Shown here in pieces: positions 35,066 to 45,962 of a DNA stretch of 64,000 nucleotides. Below the pieces are notes generated by a model. It was not told where the DNA came from. It searched no databases and saw nothing but the letters and a program-made list of their open reading frames with translations. A program made the translations under genes and the position numbers. This DNA comes from Saccostrea cucullata (Eukaryota). The stretch lies in the NCBI RefSeq assembly GCF_032062105.1, contig NW_026921836.1:1-64000 (forward strand). The letters run 5' to 3'. Numbering within the stretch: the stretch's first letter is position 1; every line of letters starts with the position of its first letter.

Positions 35066-37802
35066 ATGAGGATACTTACAAGCTTGATTGGTAAAGTAAC
35101 AAGGATTCTCTTGCTGTGGAACTTAGGGGCTGATTGTGTAAGGTTCTTCAAATTTTTTTTTTTAATATTTTAACGCTTTATCATCGGTTAATTAATTAAA
35201 AATTAAAACCATCTGTTGTTTAATGTTTTTATAGAACATCAAGCAAGTAACTTAGGCTGTTAATTAAGAATTTCTACTCCACATTTTCCCTTTACTTTCG
35301 AAAAGAAATGCAATGAGAATCCATCTTACTAGCTACTGTATAGGTTTTAACTGTTTTGTTGAATCGGTATGGAGAGGGAATGTATAAAATCAGATGATGT
35401 GTGTGCAAAAAATATCAAGGATGCAGCATATAAGAATTTTTGGCATATATTAAGCTCAAAAATACTTTTCAAAATTCGTCAATTTAGTGAATAGATCAAC
35501 AAAATTTCATCAGGCTTCGTTATATTCATTCAAATTTCAATCTACTTAAAATTAGATCCTTTACGCTCCTTTATTTTGTTTTGTCGCTGTAAGGCAAATT
35601 ATAATTAGATTGTTCAAATTTGGTATATAGCACATATTGTACAGATGTGCCTGTTTGCAGGAAATTCATATTCATTTTGAGAGTAACGCTTCTTTTGAAC
35701 AAAAATATATTATTTTGTGCAATGTTAAAGAGAAGCTATTTTCTCGTTTTGAAATGCTTTTTAAAGTATAACTGTTATTAAAATCTTATTTTTGAGGAAA
35801 AAGGGGAGATTCTATCGTTAGAAGGAAAAAAAAAACAATAATTTTAAAGGAAGTAGATTTTGTTATGTAAAATTCACATAAATTATCATAAATTAATTAA
35901 ATATCTAACTCTATCTATAGGTTTCTCGTTTGATCAGTTCCTTTGAACTTTATTTCCAGTTAATGGAGACGTTGCGACCATTAGGAGTGAGTAAAATTAA
36001 ACCCGTGCTTTGGACAATGACGTCAACTGCAGACGAGAGAGTTAAGTCCTACTACGGCAGATTTCAGGGACCTCGTGATCTGAAACTTAATTACGCCAAC
36101 AACCTTCGTGGAACATTTATCCAAGGCAAATTTCATAATTAATATATATTTTTTTAATTAGAATATAAAATTTGGGAACATCTTTTAATTTTGAATTGTG
36201 TTCTTACTTTAAATAAATCCTAGCCGTATTTAAACTCGAATTCTTTCACTCTTACGCTTACTCAGCTACTATTACTTCAAAATTTGTTCCTCTTACGGTT
36301 TTGTTTTAATTTCGTAAAGATTTTATTTAGCACGCTTTTCTAAGATACTTGTATATATACATTCTATGTATTATGGTTTTTTATGCCCCGCCATTAATAT
36401 GGCCGGGGCATATAGTGTTTGTCATGTCCGTCTTCCGTCATTCAGTCCTTCCGTCAAACTTTGCGTTTAGCTCTGTTCAAAGCAAAGTTTCAAAGAAACT
36501 ATCCAAGATATTTTCATCAAACTTCATATGCTGATAGATATTGATGAGAGCTATGCAACTGCATCAACATTTTTTTGACCTTGACCTTTCCTTTGACCTT
36601 GACCTCATTTTTCTTAAATTAGTGTTTATTTCAGTTTTATACATACCATTCAAGATGGTGTTATCAAACTTTACATGTTGATACAAACTTGCACGGATGA
36701 TGCATCTAGGGATGAACACTACCAGACTTGCTTCGGATGTGGGATCTGACCTATATTTTCCAGATGAGTGACCAGGTTTAAGTTTTTGGAGCAGGTCAAT
36801 TCCTAAGAAACTATAAGCCCTACTTGGACCAAACTTGCATGGACGATGCATCTAAGGATGGACACTACCAGACTTGCTTCGGATACTGGATCTGAGTCAT
36901 CTGAACTTCATTTTAGTCCCTAGTTACTATAAGCCTTACCTGAACCAAATTTTATACACATACAAATTTTTATGTTTCTTTACTAATGTATCCTCGGCGC
37001 GGCATTCATGTCCTATGGACATATTTCTAGTTTTTTAAATTTCGACAAAGGGTGTTGCCATGATTATTAGAATAAAAATTAATGTTAAATCCTTTTATAA
37101 GCAATCCTACATTTTAAGCTTGCTTTCAAAATGCTTTATACTTAAATCAGTTCACTAAAATAGTCTAAGATCATACCATTAAAGATACAGTCCCATCAAA
37201 GATTTCTAATTTTCAATTAGTGTACATTTCTTGTAGTTTTGTTGAGGGTAATTGGTATAAACAGGGATAGTATATCCTTCATTTTGAATTCTTAATTTTT
37301 TTTTTTAGTTTCAGACAGTCAGGAAAATTCGGAATTTGAAGCAAACTATACTGGATCGTTCAGTAAATATTCGTACCCAGTTTTATCCTTACGATCGGCG
37401 TCGGCGTCCGAAATATTGATGCTTCGACTAGAAACACCTTATTCAGGAAACATGACTCAGACTGAATTCATACCAACAAGCTGCAAGTTTGGAATAAAAC
37501 GATCCAAGAAAAGAAAATTCACAAAATATAAAGGATTTGTAAGAAACTGCGGACCAAATGAGGGGAGCGAGATTCAGTCGTTTTTTAACTTTGCTTTCAA
37601 TAAATTTGGAGCATCAAAATACGTTCAGGAAACGACAAGCTATGACAACTGGCCGGAGAATTCAGCCAGCGTCATTGTTAACAATGCTAAAGTAGCAAAG
37701 GACGGTGTCGTGATGACATTTCTTGATTTCACATCGTCAAAAGTTGGTACTAGGGAATATCCCCGAATAGCGGACGTGTACTGGACATTTAGTATCATTT
37801 GA
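35066..37802 (+). CDS. Uncharacterised putatively secreted 256-aa protein, copy 1; exons 35066-35137, 35921-36125, 37309-37802
   Basis: Exon phases match (0, then 1); 771 nt open to the stop; intron 1 GT-AG, intron 2 GC-AG; signal-like MRILTSLIGKVTRILLLWNLGADC; AATAAA at 37999. Confidence 0.8.
36376..37032. mobile_element. Intronic Helentron-type non-autonomous element (paralog at 47317-47972)
   Basis: TTTTTATGCCCCG...CGGGGCATA 5' hairpin, TCCGTC repeats, GACCTTGACC motifs, and a 3' ATGTCC..GGACAT hairpin before CTAG-TT. Confidence 0.7.
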
Positions 37803-38368
37803 TTGATTAATATAACCGATAGTTTAGACTGCTCTGTGTTTGCCTTGTGAGTCACAGCAAACGATAAGTGCATTAGTTATTAAACAGAAATCTCATTCCG
37901 CGGAGTTTTGATTCTGTAACAAAGATGTATTGTAAATTTATATCAGAAAAAAATCTTTTGTATCCCTACATGTGTAAATTATATAGTTCTGTGGTTTCAA
38001 TAAATTGAAGAGACATCTTGACACACAAAGGTGAAAATTGACAAACGTAGAATTTTCGAATGACCTTTGTGAATTATGTTCAATTCCTAGAAGTATAAGG
38101 TTTCAGAAAATAATAGTTTTCAGAACCTAAAAAATCTATTTTATAAAAGTAAAAATGATATCATAACGAAAATATAGCTGTACTAGCTTCTTCCTCCCTT
38201 TTGTACGCCTGTGCGAAAAAAAGTTTCATAGTTACCATGGTCTCAAGTACCCGGAAATGAATGTAGGAAGATAAAGAAATTTGACGCAATCCTTTAAAAA
38301 TATATTTTTAAACATTTTCTAATCTTGGCATGCTCCAGTTGAATTTTGTTTACAAGTTTGAGTTTTTT

Positions 38369-39504
38369 TGCACTTTACCGGTACGTACAAATTACATGGA
38401 AATAGCACGTGCTCTCTCTCTCTAAGAGAGTCACGCGTCAGCTTGACGATTTCGTTAAAACGGCAATAAAATGCAAAAGTAACCTATTTTTTGAATTCTT
38501 CGTCTTTGTTCATGTTAATAAACTTCGTTTTAATAAACGAAGTTTATCAATTACAATTTTCTGCGATTCCAAAACAATCCTCTTACATCTTAGTTCTTGA
38601 CCGCATTCCAAAGTCATGACGTTGCTAGTAACGTGACCCAGACGTGCTCTCTGATTGGTTTAGAGGTAAGTTACGTCATTTGAAGTTGTAAACACAAAAC
38701 AGCTGATTTTACTATGCCCTTTGTCTCTGGCGATATTTACGAGGTTCGCATCGATGAAAGCAAATTCGGTAAACGAAAGTATCACCGTGGAAAAAGAGTG
38801 GATGGTGTCTGGATATTCGGTGGCATTGAGAGGGAATCTAAAAAATGCTTCTTTGAGGTCGTAAGTTACAGAAGTGCAGCCACGCTTATTCCTATAATTC
38901 AGAAATACGTTGAGCCTGGAACCACAATTTATTCTGACTGCTGGAAAGCGTATTCCTCTTTAGAAAAAGAAAGATATCCCCATCTGACAGTGAACCATTC
39001 AATAGAGTTCAAAAACAAGGAAACAGGTGCATGTACTAATTTAATAGAGTCAACATGGAATGCTGTAAAAAAAATCATTGCCAAAAACTGGAACCCAGAA
39101 ACATTTTTATGACGGTTACCTGGTGGAATAGTGTGTGCGTAAAAATACTTGCAGCATGTTGATGACAAATTTATAACATTCTTGGACCTAATCAAAAGGG
39201 TATACACCTGTAAGAGGAGACTCCCACTAAAACCAAAAATTGAAGAGTTCAATAGCAGTTCCGATTTATTTGACAAAGGTGAGTTTCTTTTTATATTTGT
39301 CAAAAGTATGGACAGGTGCTAACCCCCCCCCTTCTTCCAAATTCCGATTAAAAATGCTGAAACCCGCAGTTCCACCCAACTCTCGCTTCCCTACAAAACA
39401 AAATGGCGTCGCCCATCATAGTTGATACGTTGCTAAGTTTTTTTCGCCGGGCCACCTCACACGCGGATCTAGAATCAAAATGGCGACCGTACCGGTAAAG
39501 TGCA
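38369..39504 (+). mobile_element. Merlin (IS1016/ISXO2-like DDE) transposon, internally deleted, copy 1
   Basis: 17-bp TIR TGCACTTTACCGGTACG; ORF 38714-39112 has IDESKFGKRKYHRG, SDCWKAY, VNHS and TNLIESTW. TSD ambiguous. Confidence 0.88.
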
Positions 39505-40949
39505 GTTTATCCAAAATAAAAATGGCGTGACCTTGACATACACGAAAACAACGAAACGATAAATACAGCCTTCTTTATTCCGGCACTTATATTGTGCAGT
39601 CTTTTTTTGCTTTACTTATGCAGTTAGTTGTCATATTCTTGCTAAATACTATCAGGATCGATATCAGTCTGTCTCAAATAGAATTGCAATTTTATCGTGT
39701 GTACATGTACATTTCTTGAAATTGTAAATGTACAAAAAATACAAAAAAGCTTTCCATAACATTAATCTTCTTGACTTTAAATTAGATCATTCAGACACAT
39801 GAATTGTTTTTATTACACAAATCGAAACGAATTGATGATCAAGACTAATTCCCACGGTTATTGGAAGAATTTGGAGACAAATCAATGGAACAAAATCATA
39901 ATATTTTACCCCATTAATTTTCCAGGCGACAATTGATGGCAACATCTTTATATACAATGAAAGTGAGGCCTTATTGTCATTTTATTCTTAAACAATTCCT
40001 ATAATAAGTGTGTAAGTGAGCTGTAAATATTCTCCCCAAGTAATGGAATTAACATCGATAAATAATTTTTCATGGATTTCTTGTATTGGGTTTCTTGTTC
40101 AAAAACATCTCTGAAGTTCATAGTCTCGTCCACTGAATATCTTTCTGTTGATGGTCCATTTATTTTGAAAAAAGTTGGATAGTCATATTTATCCTATGTT
40201 TACCCCTTTATCTCGTGGATATAGCTCATGCTATATCGTTTTCATATCCCACACAGAAATGCAGATATGACGTCACAAAGGTTTTTGCGTCAGTGTGATG
40301 AAGTAAAATATAGCAGCAATGTAAAACATCGGTTGTGAAGTTTTAAACATGGGATAAAAAGAATCTTCCATGATTTGTAGTTGGATAGTCATTCATTTGT
40401 ATGAACAAGTTTTTAGGAAACAGGCTCTCTCAGCATGTTGATAAATATGAAAGAACATATATATTGTTGGAATGGACTTTTGAGCTCGAATACTGTTCAT
40501 TATTTGCTAATATCACATTCTTCCAAATTTTTCATGAAGGTGTGAACGTTTTACTTTACTGTTCTTATTTGAAATAATAAAATGAAAATCACAGATTGTA
40601 GAATTCAGGAAAAAAAGAATAGACTCAGGGTAAAACTTGATATCATTGAGATGTTGGCCATCTGAAATGGTCCTGCTTTTAGCAATAAACATGAAAATGT
40701 AACGTAGCTTAAAAGGGTTTATTTTGAAGGTGTTTGAGATTAAAGGGGACAAAAAGAATTACTCCCTGAAAAATAGTACATTAAAAAAAGATACTATGTG
40801 GGTTAAGTATGAACCAGATTGGGCCAAGGAGAGAGAAGATATGCTCCGGACAAGAAATCTCGGACGGACAAACGGACAGCTAGATGGACGGACAGACTGA
40901 TCACTATAGGGCGCCCAATGAGCGGGGCACTAATTATACATGTACTGTT

Positions 40950-43417
40950 ATTATTATTTTTCTTCTCGGGAAAATTTTGTCCGCAAATGATCTTGTAAAG
41001 TACACATCCGATTAAGGGGAAACCTTTTTAGGGTAAGTAGGCATGTTATGTAGATTTGCGGAATCAAGGTCATTTTGCGCGCACGTGCTTGCAAGAGCGC
41101 GCACGTGCAAAACTTGAAATGACCAATATATAATGGATATAACCGTAACTTTTCTATTTTTAGACGAAATGTTTTGAAACTCATAATGTAAGGATATATG
41201 AGTAGTATGCACAAGATGACATGGTCAAAATAGCAAAATCGCACGTGCAAGCACGTGCGCTTCGCTCTGATTGGCTGAAACTAAAGTCTCAATATCTTTA
41301 TTGTTTTTTGATAAAATCATTTGAAATTTTGAAAATAGTCATAAATTAGGGAGATCTACAGCCCGTAATAAAAGAAATATTATGAAAGCATGTGCATGCA
41401 CGTGTGCTTGCAAGAGCTCGCACGTGCAACACGAGAAATGTCCAATATAATTGATACAGACGTAACTATTTAAATTATTGATGATATGCTTTAAAACTTA
41501 TATTAGAAGTATATATTAGAAGCATAGACAAGGTGACATGGTCAAAAAAGCAAGATCTCACGCGCATGCACGTGTTCTTTGCTCTGATTGGCTGAAACTT
41601 AAGTCTCAATATCTTTCTTGTTTTTTGACGAAATCCTTTGAAATCTTAAATATAGGCATGCATTAGGATATCCTACAATAAGATATATAGCAATTATTTT
41701 GAAAACGCGTGCATGCACGTGCGCTGCAATCTGATTGGCTTATGCTTTAAATAGCTATAACTCCCTTGGTTTTCAACCAAACAGGATGGGATTTGGAACA
41801 TGGATAGATATAATGGACATCTACAAGAAGACATGGTCACCATGCACATGCATACACGTGCATGTACGTGCGCTGCAATCTGATTGGCTGAAACTTTGAA
41901 CAGCTATAACTCCCTTGGTTTTCAACCAAACGGGGTGGGATTTAGAACATAGATAGATGTAATGGACTTCTACAAGAAAGTATGGTCGCCATGCTCATGT
42001 GAGCACGTGCGTGCACGTGAAATGAGTAAAATCAAAAATACACTTGAACTAGCGTATTTTTTAATACGTTTGGATTAAATACTTTGATATTTAGTATATT
42101 AAAATCTATATATTGTAAAGAAAAGATTGTATGGTCATTACGCACATGCATTCACATGCGCACGCGTGCAATGCTAAAATTTGAATGAAATTGGTACACT
42201 TCTGGGTAAACGTTGTTAAAGTCTCAAATGCGTAGAGTTTGTCTTATTTAATGAAGCTTATAGGGAATATGGCACCAAAAGGGAGTTGGGGAGCGTTTGG
42301 GGAACATCTGTAACGGTCCCCGTTACAATTAGCACTAGTTATTATTATTTTTCTTCTCGGGAAAATTTTGTCCGCGAATGATCTTGTAAACTACACATCC
42401 GATTTAGGTGAAATGTTTTTAGGGTCAGTAGACATGTTATGTAGCTTTGCGGAACGAAGGTCATTTTGCGCGCACGTGCTTGCAAGAGCGTGCACGTGCA
42501 ACACGTGAAATGACCGATTTAATTTATATACGCGTAACTTTTTACATTTTTGATTAAATGCTTTAAAACTTATAATATAAGGATATATTAGTAGCATAGA
42601 CAATATGACATGATCAAAATAGCAAGATCTCACGCGCATGCACATGCGCTTCGCTCTGATTGGCTGAAACTAAAGTCTCAATATCTTTCTTGTTTTTTGA
42701 CAAAATCCTTTGAAATTTGGAACATAGCCATGCATTAGGATGTCCTACAATATAATATATAGCAATTATCATAAAAACACGTTCATGCACGTGCGCTGCA
42801 ATCTGATAGGCTGAAACTTTAAATAGCTATAACTCCCTTGGTTTACAACCAAACGGGATGGGATTTGGAGCATAGATAGATATAAAGGACTTCTACAAGA
42901 AGGTATGGTCACCATGCACATGCATGCACGTCCGTGTACGTGCACTGCAATCTGATTGTCTTAAACTTTAAACAGCTATAACTCCCTTGGTTTACAACCA
43001 AACAGGGTGGGATTTAGAGCAAAGATAGATGTAATGGACTTCTACAAGAAGGTATAGTCACCATGCTCATGTATGCACGTGGCACGTGCGTGCACGTGAA
43101 AAGAGTAAAATAAAAAATACACTTGAATGAGCGTATTTTTTAATACTTTTGGATTAAATACTTTAATATTTAGTATATCAAAATATATAGATTGTGTAGA
43201 CAAGATGAGATGGTCATTACGCACATGCATTCACATGCGCAAGCGTGCAATGCTTAAATATGAATGAACTTGGTACACTTCTGGGTAAACGTTGTTAAAG
43301 TCTTAAATGCATAGAGTTTGTCCTATTTAATGAAGCCTCCAACTAACATGGCACCAAAAGGGAGTTGGGGAGCGTTTGGGGAACATCTGTAACGGTCCCC
43401 GTTACAATTAGCACTAG
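40950..43417 (+). mobile_element. Two head-to-tail Helitron-type non-autonomous elements (40950-42338 and 42339-43417)
   Basis: Each starts ATTATTATTTTT(T)CTTCTCGGG and ends with a TGTAACGG-TCC-CCGTTACA hairpin plus ATTAGCACTAG; internal ~120-bp subunits. Confidence 0.85.
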
Positions 43418-43426
43418 TTACTATTC

Positions 43427-44413
43427 TGTTAGGTAGAATATTTATACATATTTTATTTTGCAGAATGGGAAATACAGTGTAGATATTTGTTTTTGTAAAT
43501 AGCGTTTGGTAGATTTTTTTAAAATGCAGTTATGTGTTTTCTTATGCGAGGGCGCATAAAGCTGGGGTGGGGGTGATGAAGTGGAAAGCTGTATTTTATA
43601 TTTTTATTATTGCGAGAATTATCGCCCTTGTCATTATTAATTACTTATTATGTTCGTTAAAAATAAATACTTAATTAGTGTTAAATTCCAATTAAAGTGA
43701 TCAATTATAATCATTGTATGTTTCTTTAGTTGGTTTGATAAAGATTTGTTGATGGGAAGCTTGATTAGTGTTTTAATTAGTTTGTAAATAAATAATCACT
43801 AAGTATTTGATATGGTACTTGGGATACATAGGGTTTTTACTGCCGTGTATACGAAAAAAGGTTCTAGAGGTAAAACTCGACAAATCTTGTTAGTGCATAT
43901 AAGTGTGTGGACTTCCCTGCTTATATTGTACTGTGATAAGTGATAAGTGTGCTGTCATCCCTGCTTATTACTTGACAGAGTGTGTGGTCATCCCTGCTCT
44001 GTAATTGGCATCTCATAGCAGCAAGTGTGCGGACATCCCTGCTTGTTGCTGCGCAAGATCAGGTGTGTGGACATCCCTGCATGCATCTTGTGGTAGAGCA
44101 TTGGTGTGCGGACATCCCTGCCAGTGTCTCTAGACTAGAACCGTATTAGTGTCAAATGTGTGGTCATCCCTGCTTGTCACTGCGCAAGGGCGAGTGTGCG
44201 GTCATCCCTGCTTGTCTCTTGTGGAAGTGCGCTGGTGTGTGGACTTCCCTGCCAGTGTCACTTGTTCGCTACCAGTAAAGACCTTATATATCGCAGTACA
44301 AAGTGATTAAGACTGCGCATTGTACATATTTGCAGCATCTCAAGGCTATCCGTTTTTATCACGGGTACGAGCCTGCGGGGGTTCACAGGCAGTGACCTCC
44401 CTTGCACGTTACA
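43427..44413 (+). mobile_element. Probable LTR fragment carrying a hairpin array; 5' boundary uncertain
   Basis: Ends ...GCACGTTACA exactly at the duplication breakpoint; AGTAAA poly(A)-like signal at 44274; no clean TSD. Confidence 0.5.
43903..44252 (+). repeat. Nine 18-bp repeats GTGTGYGGWCWTCCCTGC separated by 15-34 bp spacers
   Basis: Repeats start at 43903, 43947, 43980, 44025, 44063, 44104, 44156, 44194 and 44235. Confidence 0.95.
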
Positions 44414-45962
44414 ATACATGAGAAGAGGTTATTGTCCTTGTCAACATTTTGAAATTTTTACTTAATAATATTTATCATTAAACCTTTTGAAAAGCATTCT
44501 TATCAAAATTATTGTTCTACTTGGCATGAAGTTTAATTAATTAATTTTTTTTTTACAAAAACCTATGACATCAAGGGCAGACTATTTTATTGGTTGAATT
44601 CGACTTTTCCACTCGGCGAGCAGAGTTTTGATGCTGCTCACGGGTACTAAAGAAAAAAGACGAGCATCTCAAGCATGTCATATATGGTTTTGAAGATTAA
44701 TTATCGCGGAAGAAATAGGTATCAACATTTTGTCAGCGCATTTTCTCTCCAGTGTAAATGAGTGTGATTCTGGTGGAGGGGGTACTCTGAGTTTACTCAG
44801 AGTTACAGAATATACTTGTGTCATGAATATGTCATGGGTTAGAAATTATAACCGGAACCAGTGCTTGTGAGTAACATTCAATTTGTTTTTAAACATTGCA
44901 TTCAACTTATTTATGGTTTACAACAAAGGCATATCATTATCTCTCTAAACATTTGGAAGATATTCATTGTTCAAATAAATTTGAGAAATGATATATTAAT
45001 ATAATATATATGGAGTCAATGCACACATTGACCTACATTGAATTCATATTTGTGTAAGAGTTAATTTGGAATTGGGTAAAATATGTATGGTTTTGATAAA
45101 ATCCCTTATTAATTCCTGGAAAAACAGGTTTTTGTTGGTGACGTCAAAGGACACATCTGATGACGTCTAAAAGTAGGCTTCTATATTTCTCTATAAGCTT
45201 CTCTCTTAAGAAATTTACAGATGTTAAAACTTTGCAAAAAGGACATGTAAAGGGGTTCTTCGAGTTTTGTAATCTTCACCACTGACTAGTTTTTTTTCTA
45301 GAAGTTTAAACGACGAATATATTTGTCCAATTTTTAGCTGGGATGGACAACATATCTTAAACTTTAGTTTGGAATTAACGAATTTTAAAATGTGAATATG
45401 AATATATTTATTTACCCCACTCCGAAGGAAGAAGTACACTGTTTTGCCCTGTCTCAGTGTCTGTCCATTTTTTTTTACATGCAGTAAACGCCATCAAAAA
45501 ACTAAATCGGAATTCTACAATTCTTTGAAGACTACTATTGGAAGCAACAAAAACCTTTTTTTTCAAAAGTTTGCATTGTGATTTCTCTGTATAAATGCTC
45601 CCTACACTTCTAAAATATTGAACGCGCAAACTCATTTTTGAGCTGTTTTTACATCAAAATTCAAATTGGTTTAAGTGATTACATTTAGAAATTGTTTAGA
45701 GATATTGACTTTCTTTAATTTAGTACTTTGAAGGGTAATTATTTCCACCACATGAAGTGACCTTTTAGATATAATTAAATCTACATTAACTTCAAAGGAC
45801 ACAGGACCAACGATCTATAAGTGACATTTAACATTTCGATAGTTAATTGTTATGAAATAAGCGGTTCTTTATATATAATCTACTTGTAGTATCCCGCCCA
45901 TTCCTACCATACGTAACTTTGATTTCGTTACTTCTATAGCGACAGAGATAATTCGGAACAAG

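Larger units (their letters stand above)
34498..40949 (+). repeat. Segmental duplication, copy 1
   Basis: Colinear and highly similar to 44414-52699, apart from a micro-inversion and several indels. Confidence 0.95.

Noticed and set aside
36564-36851. 95-aa ORF repeated at 47504-47791
   Set aside because: It lies inside an intronic Helentron-type repeat; conservation reflects the recent duplication.
43903-44252. CRISPR array
   Set aside because: Eukaryotic context with no cas genes; repeats only 18 bp; spacers vary from 15 to 34 bp, some are related to each other, and they form stems around the repeats.
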